Shown here: piece after piece, positions 10,792 through 21,129 of the stretch
How positions within the stretch are numbered: position 1 is the stretch's first letter
Layout: each line of letters starts with the position of its first letter
Source of the DNA: Andalucia godoyi And28
Taxonomy: Eukaryota > Protista > Jakobida
Reading direction: 5' to 3'
Length of the DNA stretch: 57,289 bases
Assembly (NCBI GenBank): GCA_009859145.1
Contig: VRVR01000059.1
Span: forward strand, 114,443-171,731
Translations under genes and position numbers: made by a program
The notes under the pieces: model-generated
Told to the model about the DNA's origin: nothing
What the model saw: the letters and a program-made list of their open reading frames with translations, nothing else
Databases searched by the model: none

Positions 10792-13133
10792 CTGCTGCCA
10801 ACACCCTGGGTGTCGCTCCGCAGACCGCGGATGCGAAGTCGAAACAGTCGCAAAGTGCAATGGCATCGCCCAGTGCGGTCACAAACAGCGAGTCCGAGAC
10901 GGAGAGCGCGTCGGATTCGGAAGAGGAGCGCAAACGGTCAAAGAAGCGAAAATCACTTGAAAAGGCGGAAAAGGAAAAGCAGAAACAGAAGGAAAAGGAG
11001 CTCAAAGCAAAGGAAAAGGAACGGGCAGCCAGAAAGAAGAGACTCGCCGACAATCCAGATGACCTGGATGCGTTTTTCGATAGCGAGGAAGAGGATGCGG
11101 GGCAGGATGAAGACGACGCAGAGGAAATCAGAAGAAAGCTTTCGAAGCTCGAGTCCGATGACGAGGAGGAGGCTGCTGCAAGGCTTGCAAAAGCGAAGGC
11201 GGCCAAGAAGAATGCCTTCCTCTTAGAAAAGGAAAAGGTGAAGCAAAAGGAGAAGGAAAAAGCAAAACCAAAGGCGAGTTACCCGGGCGACGATGATTCA
11301 GAGAATACGGAAGAAAGTGACTCGGGCGGCGATAATAATAATAATAGTGATGATGATGATGACGACGATGATGATGATGGGAAGAAAAGGAAGAAGAAGA
11401 TGATGATGAAGAAGAAGTCAAAGAAGGACATCAGCAAGAAGAAAAAGAAGAGTATGAAGCATGCATCGGCCTCGGAAGATGAAGTGTCTGAGGAAGACCG
11501 ACCTTCGAAAGGGTCAAAGTCGTCAAAGTCTTCAAAGTCTTCAAAGTCGTCACAATCGTCTGCTTCCGCTTCCTCCAATCCGACATCTCCTGCTGTTACG
11601 TCTGTGAGTCCCAGGTTTGCAGCGACCGCCATTGCCCCTGTTCCTGTTCATGTTCCTGCCCCCGCTCCTGCCCCTGCGGCGCCGCCAGCCAAAAAGCCCG
11701 CTGTTGTGGATTCTGAGACGGAAGAGTCAGAGGATGAGCAGACGTCAAGTCCTCCAAACAAGAAGACTGTAGCCAAAACGAACGTCGTTTCTTTTGCAGA
11801 TTCAGAAGCTGTCAGTTCACCAGCTACTGTTTCGACTTCTGCATCTGCATCTACGAGTTCGATGTCCAAGGGTAGCAACCTTGTCGTCGAAATGGAGAAG
11901 GAGGACTTGGACGGATTTTTCAGCGACGAAGAGGAGGAAGAAGAGGAAGAAAAGAAGGCAGAAGCCGGAAAACGCGGTGAAATGAACGATTTGAAGAACA
12001 TTGAGGTTTCTGATGATGAGGCGGACGTCCTTGTTGCAGTCGTCAAGCGCAATTTAGACTCCGAGCCAGAGCCAGAGCCAGAGCCAGAGCCACAACCACA
12101 GAGGGCGGCGAACCTACCAGCAGAAGCACAGGCAGCGGATGTTGATGCGACCGCAGCAGAGGAGGGGCTTCAGAACGTAGAGGATAAGGACGAGGGCGAT
12201 GATGATGTTGATGATGTTGTAATGGTTGACAGGTCCGACGTAGGATTGGGCACTGAGGAGGAACGGATCCGTTCAACAGCTGATCCAGAAAAAGGAGAAG
12301 AAGGAGCAGCAGCAGGCTCCCAAGAGGTGCGTGCAGCTGCCGACAAAGCGGCGGGGCCGAGGTTTGAAAATGTCGCCGAACTCCCGTCGCGTGAAGAAGT
12401 TCTTGAAGAACCGAGGATAGCGGAGGACCATGAGCGGGTAATCGACGAATCGACCAATCAGCATGTTGGAACTGCGGAAGGTGCCGACGAGGAAGCTCCC
12501 TCGAAAAACGCAGCAGAGATTGAGAATGATGAAGTTTCGCAGTTGAAAAAGATTGACGACGACCACAATCCTCATCATATGGAGGAGGATGATGATGAGA
12601 AGCCCGCCGTTGTCGTTGCGGTTCCAAGAAAAAAGAAGAAGTTCTTTGACGACGACGACGATGACAACGACAACAACGAATCACGTGTCGTATCAAAAAA
12701 GCCTGTTCCGGTTCCTGTGAAGACGCCAGCGCCGGCTGCCAACCCTGCGATGAACCCTGCATTGCAAGCAGCTCTTTTGGCTGCACTGCAAGCAGCGAAG
12801 GCGGATTTGCACGCAGCAGAGCCGCAGCCCGGGCCGGAAGCTGGAGCAGACGAAGCGCACGAGGACGATGGAGAGGAAGTCGATCGCAAGAAGAAGAGAA
12901 AGCATCGGCATCAGCACGACGTGGATGCGGAGAGAGAGGAAGTCGCTGCTGACGGAGAGCAAAAGACGAAGAAGAAGAAGAAGAAGAGCCAAAAGGCTGC
13001 TGCCGAAGAAGAGAACGACGCCCGAGTCGAAGGCCATGGCGAGGACGACCAATCAGACGACGGGCGCAAGAAGAAGAAGAAGAAGTCGACGAAGAGCAAG
13101 AATCACCATTCCGAGTATGAGGATGCCGAATAA
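9684..13133 (+). CDS. RABL6: Rab-like protein 6 (RBEL1/PARF) with long acidic/Lys-rich disordered tail
   Basis: RKFANGVSFNMKILIQGASRTGKT, EWSFKTSDELVMVEILDVVD, GYGLQALQSFLNIPFLKL closely parallel RABL6. Confidence 0.88.
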
Positions 13134-13196
13134 AACATCACGATCGCCACACATGCTCCATCCAGCCAGCGTTCTCGCCGTGCTTTAGCAAGTTGG

Positions 13197-13873
13197 TTAA
13201 CAGCTACTGGAAAAGATGTATGAAGGCTCGAAACGGACGTCTCTGTCAGTGCGGTCATTGAAGCCCCACATGCGAAACTCATCTTCGGAGACCTTGACAG
13301 CTACAATTTGGCCACCGTTGCCACTTATTGCGAAATGATGAAGCAATCCAAAGCGCACGAAAACAAAAAAAAAAACACTGCCACGCGCTCATGCGAATGC
13401 GTTTGCCATCTTGACAACTCCGTCACACGATGCCCGATTCGTTTCGCCCCATTTTGATCATGAAATCCCTATACATACGCCGCCGCGTTGCATTATGCAT
13501 GGTATTGGGTTACAACATTGATTATGGGTGATCAGCGATGATTATCCGTGGTTAGTGTACAATGTAGGCGTCGCAGGTTCCTCTGCGTGTGCGAGCATTC
13601 ACAATGTGCTTGCTGCCCACTGCACGCTCCCGCAGGAAATGCGAAACATGGTCGCGAACCTGATCGGCAGTTCGATTGGACGGGGAGGGGGGGGGGGGGG
13701 GGGGTGTGATGCGTCGAACCACTGGCTGTCCACGTTCCACATCTGCAGCGTTGTTGGAGCGGGCGTCACAGTGTTCTCAAACAGCCCTGGGCCGCGGTGC
13801 AACTCCTAGTCCGAGCCGCGGACAATGTACAGAACTCCAAAGTCGGAAACGCAGTATCACAGTTCAAGCCCAT
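13197..13873 (-). pseudogene. Pseudogene paralog of the 172-aa gene at 14273-14791, split by a 253-bp transposon insertion
   Basis: Reconstructed: MGLNCDT(fs)VSDFGVLYIVRGSD*ELHRGPGLFENTVTPAPTTLQMWNVDSQWF(fs in G18 run 13687-13704)NRTADQVRDHVSHFLRERAVGSKHIVNARTRRGTCD|insertion|GGQIVAVKVSEDEFRMWGFNDRTDRDV; colinear with the intact paralog. Confidence 0.85.
13316..13571 (+). mobile_element. Non-autonomous (ends-only) copy of the IS607/Fanzor2-type element, 253 bp plus duplicated CGT core
   Basis: 13319-13390 matches 55292-55221 (minus) and 13496-13571 matches 54815-54739 (minus), with a 39-nt identical core; CGT at 13316-18 and 13569-71; removing it restores the host frame. Confidence 0.85.
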
Positions 13874-14272
13874 TCTCGGCGATTACTGCGTAACCTTTGT
13901 CTTTCTCCTCCTCACCCACTCTTGCTTATTCGTCGAACACAAGAAGTGAACCGAAGTCGACAGGGCTTCCCAACTGGTATCCTGTTCGTAATGCCGCACG
14001 CTGCAGATGTATCGCTCTGGTCGAACTGCGTGCTTGCTGGTGTGCTGCTACGCTGCCTTTGCAGACGATACGACCAGCGAGAAAGTCGCGCACCACGGCC
14101 ACGCACCATGAGGAAACCCATGTATTTATGAAGACAGACAAACGAATCATCGAAAGGAAAAAAAGAGCGCTTTACGGAACTTCGACGAATTAAGAGCAAA
14201 AACAAACCATCAGCGGCCGCCACTCCCATCATCACAACAAACGCAGTCGCAAAAAAGATCATTTAGCACACG

Positions 14273-14645
14273 TCAGTATCCAGAAATTGGAAAATCGCGG
14301 TCCGTAAAGTCGTTGAAACCCCAGATGCGGAAGTGGGTCTGCGAGATCTTGAGAGCCGTCAGATGTCCTCCGTTGCTGTTTCCGGAGCCAGCGCGGAAGA
14401 GCACCTGGTGCTTTGCTCCAATCGCACGGTTTCTCAGATAGTGAGAAACATGGTCCCGGATCTGCTCCGCAATGCGGTTTCCGCCGTCGACGAACCACTG
14501 CTGATCGACATTCCAGCCCTGCAAAGCAGACGGCTGCGGGACCGTGGAGTTGTCAAAGTGACCAGCGCTCTTGTGCTTGTGGTATTCGTGTCCATGCACA
14601 AGAAACAAGATTCCAAATGTCGCGACTCCAATATCACTGCTCATC

Positions 14646-14680
<35 letters not shown>

Positions 14681-14791
14681 ATGATGATGATGGTGATCCT
14701 GTGGCTGCGGTTGGGGCTGTTGCTGGGGCTGGGGCAGCCCATACGGATTGACACCAGCCGGCTGGGAATAAGGAGAATTATTGGAGTACAT
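14273..14791 (-). CDS. Uncharacterised 172-aa protein (Q/H/P-rich N-terminus plus about 120-aa globular domain)
   Basis: Intact ORF; protein-level conservation with the neighbouring pseudogene (FG.L..V.G, WNVD.QWF, QIRDHVSH.LR, FR.WGFND.TDRD) shows it is coding. Confidence 0.8.
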
Positions 14792-15237
14792 GATTCCTTA
14801 GTGACAGTAACAAACCCTTTTCGAACTGAGAATGCAGGTAAACGCAAGGCAGAGAAGCTGAAAACGCGCAGAAACCGGAGCGGGAATGGCAGCAGGCTTG
14901 GATTCGTTGTGAGATCCGCAGGGGAAAGCAGGAAGATGGGGGCTTTCGAGTTCCCTGGCTTTGCGACTTGCGAGCACCCCTCCGGATTGGCCTCCGCTGC
15001 GTTTTATGCATGAGCAGAGGCGGCAGAAGCCAGAACAAGCGCATTTTGACAGATGCGAGGTGGGCAGTTGTCTTTTTTTTTCCAGTGCAGAACAGCAAAG
15101 CTGCTCCAAAAGCAGGGATTTTCATATATATATATATATATTCACGAACAACATTCGATCAAGTATTTACAAAGGGGTTACTAGGAGTGTGCCACGAGAG
15201 ACGAGGGGGAGAGTTCAGTCATGATCATGAAAACAGT

Positions 15238-17847
15238 CTAAGACCGAGAAAACATGTCTCGCAAGTCTGGAGCGGCCGGTGCTGCGGGCTTCCATGTGTT
15301 TTGGAACAGCGAGAAGGTCTGCTGGGCGAGATGGGCTTCATCCAAAAACTGCGGGACCTCTCCCAAGGAAAAAATTTGCGAAAGCTCTGAGAGCCGCGAC
15401 AGCAAATCCTTCAGCGTCTTGCGGTTCGTTCTGCCATCATACTCGAACTCCAGTCCGTTCTTCGCCATCTTGTTTGGATTGTAAAACAGCGCCTCTCGGG
15501 CGACGTCAAGGACCACAAAAAGGTCAAAGATGTGTTGGTAGAACCGGTGCAGAGATGGATCGCGCAATGGCGCGCAGTAGTGATGCTGCAGAAACGCGAA
15601 GCACTGTTGGATCACAGGACCAGAAACGCGCACGAACGACACTGCATCCAACAGAACTCTTGGTCCGTCGATCCCAGTCACGATGTCAGCCCCCGTGCCA
15701 TAGCACGGGGTTCCAACACGCTGTCCCATATACTGGATCAAGCTTGTGGCACGCATGGACGACATGAGCATCTTTGGGAGTGCTTGAAGCTGCTGCAAGC
15801 ACATGTACACCGATTTTTGGCACTCGACGAGGGATCGTTCAGAGTTTGTAATGCTCGATGTCGGTGCGACTCCCGTTAAGTTCGCCACAGTGCCAGCATC
15901 CATGGCACTGAAGTGACTTCCGGAAGTGGTCGTCGGATGGAAAACCCCGTAAAAGGCAGCGGCACACAATGCAGTCCACTGGCGAAGGAACCGTGCAGAG
16001 CTTGGAAACGGAAGTGTTGTTGTGAAATCGCGTATTCTGCGAATGTATTCGTGCCAAAACAGCGGGTCTCCAAGAGAGGTCTCGACGGAAACGGTGCCAC
16101 ACATTTGCACAAGCAACAGCACCTGAAACGCAGAATGCGTGGCCAGTACCGACAAGAATCCTCGATCAGCCTTCCAAAAGACCTGCGCAAACTCGCAAAG
16201 CGGGGCCGACAGTTCCGCACACACTTGCTTGCCCATTACAGGATCTGCAAACACGGAGAACAGCAGCATGCATGTCTCCATCAGGTGCGCGCATACCGTG
16301 AAGATCGGCGACCGCACCAAGAAGTTCTCTTGTCTGGCATTCGTCGGAGACGGTGCGGTGGACGGTGCGGTGGACGGTGCGGGAGCCGGATGCAAAGCAT
16401 GCAGTTTGGGCACAAGGGAATTGACAATCTGTGTGACGAGTCGACAGACAGTGCCGAGTCTCCACACTTCGACGTGTTCGTACTCCATTGCATCCCGAGC
16501 CTCGAACGAAAAGCTCCCCTTCGCGTCCCGGAAATAGTCGCATCCAAACAGCGTCAATGTCGATCGAAACCAGTGTGCCACAATGCTGAAGAACTTGAGC
16601 ATTTCCTTTTCATTTCCCGCAGAAATTGCCGCAAAATCGTCAACAACGACCTGTGCAACTCTCGACACATACTCCTGGCTCTCGTGGTGCGCAACTTGGG
16701 AGAGAAACGATCGAAGAACATCCGTCCAACTTTCATCCAATCCAGGCGCAAACTCTCGCACATCTAAACTCGAGATCTTTCCACGAAGAATCATGAAATC
16801 CAGCAGCTTTCCAAATCCAGACCCATTCACACTAGAAATATCGTCAGCAACATCACGGTCACCATTCATGCTTGCTGTCTTCTGCGTCTTGAGTCTACCG
16901 TGAAACAGTACCGAGTGCGCAGACCTTGCGACAACCCAGGGGTTCACGGGCGTAAATAATCCTCCATTCTCCGAGCTTTGCGAGTCTGATCGCATGGAGT
17001 TGAGCGACAGTGCCTGTGCAAGGTCGACATCGACCATCTGATGATACACCTTTTCATCAATTTCCTTTGTCTTGCGCTCCATTTCTGATAATTGCGACAC
17101 TGCTGTCCGCGTGCTCTTCAGTGCAGGATCACAAACCCTCTTTCTCCTTGCGCCCGTGGTTACAATCGCAGTTGGGTTCACCTGCCCCTTCGATGCCTCT
17201 GCATGTGCCACTGCCTTTTGCATGCGCTCGCGAAACTCTGCCATCAAAGCATTCTCAATCTCGCTCGCAGCATCATTCCGAACCTCGAACGCCGAGTTTT
17301 TCGAAGACAACTGATCAATCCTCTTCCGAACCTCTCCATCGTCGTCGTCGTCGTCGTCATCATCATCATCATCATCATCTTCATAACTATCGTTACCATC
17401 GTTATCGACGTCGGAATTGTCAATCATCACCTTGTTCGTCTTTCTCTTCCTCAGCTGCATCCGCATCTGCATCGCTCGAGCGGGCGCGGCAGCTGGATCA
17501 GACTCTGGCGGCGACTCTCTACTCTTCTTCGCCGGCTTCTCCTCCGCTTCCGCCGGCGAGGAAACTGGTGTTTCACGCTTCACAACCGGCACCACATTCT
17601 TGAAAATCGAATAGTACTTTTTCTGCGGCGGCGGCCCGTTCACACTCGCTGCCGCAGTCGAGACACAACCTGCAGCCACAGGAGTTGTTCCACCACCCGT
17701 GTGCGCATCCTTGGACGACAACGTTACGGATGATGACGGCATTGAAATTGATGATGATGATGATGCATATGGAGAAGCTGGAATAACGTTCGTAATACTG
17801 GACACTCGCAAAGGAGATCCATCGTTGCGCTTCACACCAATTGACAT
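15238..17847 (-). CDS. Uncharacterised 869-aa protein (disordered acidic/basic N-terminus, helical C-terminal domain)
   Basis: Long intact ORF, poly-Asp tract, NLS-like RKRK; no family confidently assigned. Confidence 0.75.
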   Translation of the reverse strand: MSIGVKRNDGSPLRVSSITNVIPASPYASSSSSISMPSSSVTLSSKDAHTGGGTTPVAAGCVSTAAASVNGPPPQKKYYSIFKNVVPVVKRETPVSSPAEAEEKPAKKSRESPPESDPAAAPARAMQMRMQLRKRKTNKVMIDNSDVDNDGNDSYEDDDDDDDDDDDDDDGEVRKRIDQLSSKNSAFEVRNDAASEIENALMAEFRERMQKAVAHAEASKGQVNPTAIVTTGARRKRVCDPALKSTRTAVSQLSEMERKTKEIDEKVYHQMVDVDLAQALSLNSMRSDSQSSENGGLFTPVNPWVVARSAHSVLFHGRLKTQKTASMNGDRDVADDISSVNGSGFGKLLDFMILRGKISSLDVREFAPGLDESWTDVLRSFLSQVAHHESQEYVSRVAQVVVDDFAAISAGNEKEMLKFFSIVAHWFRSTLTLFGCDYFRDAKGSFSFEARDAMEYEHVEVWRLGTVCRLVTQIVNSLVPKLHALHPAPAPSTAPSTAPSPTNARQENFLVRSPIFTVCAHLMETCMLLFSVFADPVMGKQVCAELSAPLCEFAQVFWKADRGFLSVLATHSAFQVLLLVQMCGTVSVETSLGDPLFWHEYIRRIRDFTTTLPFPSSARFLRQWTALCAAAFYGVFHPTTTSGSHFSAMDAGTVANLTGVAPTSSITNSERSLVECQKSVYMCLQQLQALPKMLMSSMRATSLIQYMGQRVGTPCYGTGADIVTGIDGPRVLLDAVSFVRVSGPVIQQCFAFLQHHYCAPLRDPSLHRFYQHIFDLFVVLDVAREALFYNPNKMAKNGLEFEYDGRTNRKTLKDLLSRLSELSQIFSLGEVPQFLDEAHLAQQTFSLFQNTWKPAAPAAPDLRDMFSRS

Positions 17848-18005
17848 TACGAATTCTCACACGAAACCCAACAATTCATGAATCCTTCAAACACAGCGAG
17901 CAGTGCATACAAATAAGAAGAGGAAAGAAAAAGAAAATCTTAAAAATCAAAATCAAAATCAAAAAGCAAAAAGCAAAAAGCAAAAAGCATTTTTAAATCG
18001 AGATT

Positions 18006-18023
18006 TTTGGCGGGTCTTGGCGG
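18006..18023 (+). promoter_or_regulatory. Tandem E2F-like motifs (TTTGGCGG, CTTGGCGG) upstream of the 869-aa gene
   Basis: Match to the E2F/DP consensus WTTSSCSS about 160 bp upstream of ATG 17847. Confidence 0.35.
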
Positions 18024-18069
18024 GCACTACAGCTGTTGGCAAAGATTCATTTAATAATAATAATAATAA

Positions 18070-20727
18070 TTATGAAGAGGTGTCGCCATCGAGGAGATGA
18101 ATGGACTCGCGCGCAAGGTTTGCAAGGTCCTTGACGGACTTGTCGTTCATGGACTCGATGGACTGTCCGCCGCGTTTGAGGCTTTCCAATGTTTCTCGTA
18201 GTCTGGAGTCATCACGTACGGCATTCCAAGTACTGTGGACAAGGGCGAGGTCTGCGGGAATCGGATCGTCCAGTGCGTGCTTCACAGCATACACCTTGAG
18301 CGCATACACTGCGGTGCCAACAGCCGCCGTCAGCCGAAGCGTGATTTGCGGATCGGATTCTTCGAGGAGCACTCGAGACACAAGCTTTGCAAGTCGGCAC
18401 AGGCCGTCGGCGTGTTGCGTCGCATGAAGCAGGATAACAAGGTTCAGCAGCAGCTGCGACAGCGCCAAGCGTGACTGCACATCGTCCTTCTTGGAGGCAA
18501 TGTGCATGATGGACTGCTCATCGCTGGCGAAGCGGACGAGGATTGGAAGGACTATCAATTGATGAGAAGGCGAGGCGAGAGCGTTTGTAAACAAGCGAAG
18601 AACCACAAGAAGCACTGGTCTCGGGGCGCTGGAAACGTTTGCCAAGACAGACATTTCAAGAAGCTCAAAGTCTTGCGGCGTGAATGGTGTTCGGGAAGGA
18701 TTCTGCAGAGCCAGATACCGCATGACATCGAGAGCCGGAAACTGCCTGTCGACCGGCCAGTCGCGGACGATCTTCCTCAGCACTGCAAACTCACGATCGG
18801 AAAGTCGAATGGAGTTGGAGGTCTGCAGAGGATTCGAGAGTAGCGTCTGTAGCGTCAACAAGCCAATTTGAAGCGTGGACCATTCGGCATCCGTGAGCGC
18901 AGCGGGGTGGCTTTGCGATCGCTGCCCTTCATGAAATTCCTGCAATTTCTTCAGCATCGGCTCAAACTGGACTTGGCCAAACGAAAACATAGTGGCAAAC
19001 GGCAATACCGCCGTCTTTTGCACAATTCCCTTTTCTGCTGCCGCCGCCGCTGCTGCTTCTCCGTTTTTTGCGCTCTGCGAATTCTGCAGCGACGCCAGCG
19101 GTCCATCCGCAGATTCCGTGCCGACTTCTACTCCACGAGTATTATCCTCAATAAATTGTGCGATTTGATTCAGATAGTCTTGACCAAGGTCATTGTCCTC
19201 GATGAAAGTCTGTGCTGCCATGTACGGGTTGTCACCCACGTTGAACGGCAGTTTTGCTTTGCCCCGGTCCTGCGGAAGGTCGACTTCGAAAATGAAATCA
19301 TACAACTTCCCTGCATACGGAACCTTTGCACGAGGAGGCCTTGCAATTGCTTCTCCAACGTCCACATAGCGATCTCTGTGTTTCAAAAAGACGCGGCCGT
19401 CAGTCACGACAAAAGATCCTTCCGAGAGTTCGGACGATGGCTGCTTCGCATACGAAAACAAGGTCTGCAGCGGAACCTGAGCGGCTTTCAACTCTTCTTC
19501 GTACGAAGCAGCAGCCGTCGCTAGCGAAGCATCGGTGGCTGAAATCGGTGGCAAGTTTGCGAACAAGCGGACCGTTCCATCTGCACATGCTACCGCGATG
19601 TAGAGTCTCGGACCCGTGTACCCATGAGGAGCATTCAACACCGACAGAAAACAAGCGGACCAAGCGGAGCACGGCAGCGGAAGTGCTTCCACACACGGCC
19701 CGTCTTTTGCAAAGTTCCACACGCGTGCCGTTCGATCTTCCGACGCAGACAGCAGCAGCGACCCGAGCACCTGCAAATCATACACAAAGCTTTGGTGTCC
19801 ATGCAGGATTCTCAAGGGGCCGTCGGACGCAAACACACCGACAAGCGAGTCGTTTGATGCGGAGAGCAGTCCAACGGTGCCGGCATGGTATGCAGGACTC
19901 CACTCATGGTCCTGGACGACCTGTTCAAAGAGCGGTGCTAAAGCCACAACTCGGGCCACATCATCATGCGAGCCCACCACTGTCTGCTTCTTCACAATCT
20001 GTTCCGACGGCTCGCCAGACACGCAGCGCTCCACCAGATCTGCATCGAGCTCAAACCGCCGAACCGTCTTGTCCGCAGACGCGCTAAACAAGTCGAAAGT
20101 GGCAATGCGGACGCTCCATACAGGCAAATGATGCGACCGAACAATTCCAACACACTCAATGTCCACTCCTGAGTTTCGGACTTTGTGGACGCGGATTGTG
20201 TGGTCCCACGACGCAGTAACCAGCAGCGACGACGTCGGCGAAAAGGACACTGCACACACTGCATTCGTGTGTCCCGTCACGACATTCAGCAGCGAGAACG
20301 TCTGTTTCGCCGCAGTCGAGCCATCATCACCGCCTTTGTTGCTGCTACCACCACTACTACTGTTGTTACTGCTACTACTGCTGCTGATGTCCTCAAACGA
20401 CGGAGCCCACAAAATCACGGTCTTGTCGGCAGAAGCAGACCAGATGCATCCGGACGGAAAGTCAGCACATGGCTGCGTCGTTTCCAAGAACAGCACTCCG
20501 GCGCCATGACCCTCCAGCTTCTGAGCCAGCACAAACTCGGGCGCCACAGTGCCGCCAGATGCACCAGAGGCCGAAAATGCAAAATTCAGCATAAACAGAC
20601 TAATTGTCCCATCGCGACTTGACGCTGCAAAATGCGGAACACAAGGCTGCGCGACATTCACATACGGTCGTACACACTTCACATCATCCGCAGAAACCAC
20701 AAGCGACTCTCGATACTGAAACGGCAT
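18070..20727 (-). CDS. PLAA: Phospholipase A2-activating protein / Doa1-Ufd3 (WD40-PFU-PUL; Cdc48 cofactor)
   Basis: WD40 repeats (GHTNAVCAV, TASWDHTIRV, SASEDRTARVW), PFU YDFIFEVD...LPFNVGDNPYMAAQTFI, PUL WPVDRQFPALDVMR. First ATG at 20727. Confidence 0.93.
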   Translation of the reverse strand: MPFQYRESLVVSADDVKCVRPYVNVAQPCVPHFAASSRDGTISLFMLNFAFSASGASGGTVAPEFVLAQKLEGHGAGVLFLETTQPCADFPSGCIWSASADKTVILWAPSFEDISSSSSSNNSSSGGSSNKGGDDGSTAAKQTFSLLNVVTGHTNAVCAVSFSPTSSLLVTASWDHTIRVHKVRNSGVDIECVGIVRSHHLPVWSVRIATFDLFSASADKTVRRFELDADLVERCVSGEPSEQIVKKQTVVGSHDDVARVVALAPLFEQVVQDHEWSPAYHAGTVGLLSASNDSLVGVFASDGPLRILHGHQSFVYDLQVLGSLLLSASEDRTARVWNFAKDGPCVEALPLPCSAWSACFLSVLNAPHGYTGPRLYIAVACADGTVRLFANLPPISATDASLATAAASYEEELKAAQVPLQTLFSYAKQPSSELSEGSFVVTDGRVFLKHRDRYVDVGEAIARPPRAKVPYAGKLYDFIFEVDLPQDRGKAKLPFNVGDNPYMAAQTFIEDNDLGQDYLNQIAQFIEDNTRGVEVGTESADGPLASLQNSQSAKNGEAAAAAAAEKGIVQKTAVLPFATMFSFGQVQFEPMLKKLQEFHEGQRSQSHPAALTDAEWSTLQIGLLTLQTLLSNPLQTSNSIRLSDREFAVLRKIVRDWPVDRQFPALDVMRYLALQNPSRTPFTPQDFELLEMSVLANVSSAPRPVLLVVLRLFTNALASPSHQLIVLPILVRFASDEQSIMHIASKKDDVQSRLALSQLLLNLVILLHATQHADGLCRLAKLVSRVLLEESDPQITLRLTAAVGTAVYALKVYAVKHALDDPIPADLALVHSTWNAVRDDSRLRETLESLKRGGQSIESMNDKSVKDLANLARESIHLLDGDTSS

Positions 20728-21129
20728 TTCTCTCCCAACCCTCCTGCCAATACCAATTAAAAAAACCAGCAACGACAAGACAGTATAATAGCAATTAAAT
20801 ATTCTTTTCTCTTCAATCAAACCCCCCAAAACAAAAGCGGAATATGAAGAAGAACGAAACTCGCAGAACTCAAAGCATTATAATAAAACAAATCGATGGA
20901 GAACAGGCAAATGAACAGGGGAAACTCGACTTACTCCAAGGTCAAGTTTGATGCTTGATGCCAAAAACGGTATGGCGCCCCAGTGTGATGTGCAGCGTAC
21001 AGCCGGTTGTTGTACGGGGAAAAAAAGTACGAAATGTTGGGGGATGATTTTGAAGGGGCAAGCGGCGGATCGGATTCAGAACTATGCGCGCTAGATGATG
21101 TCAGTGCTTGGGGATGAAAAGTATCAACA

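Noticed and set aside
13496-13571. Repeat pair 13.5 kb / 54.8 kb read as a CRISPR array, snoRNA or Tc1 fragment
   Set aside because: Not a spaced tandem array and no convincing C/D boxes; the repeat is the right end of the TnpB-bearing element.
13319-13571. Terminal inverted repeats for the element
   Set aside because: Left TGCCACTTATTG versus reverse-complemented right CCTACATTG share only a weak ATTG match; not a credible TIR.
13810-13830. In-frame TAG in the paralog as a sign of stop-codon reassignment
   Set aside because: TAG ends intact genes here (GTF3C5, CAF1, CEP164-like, HPP), and the paralog carries other lesions.
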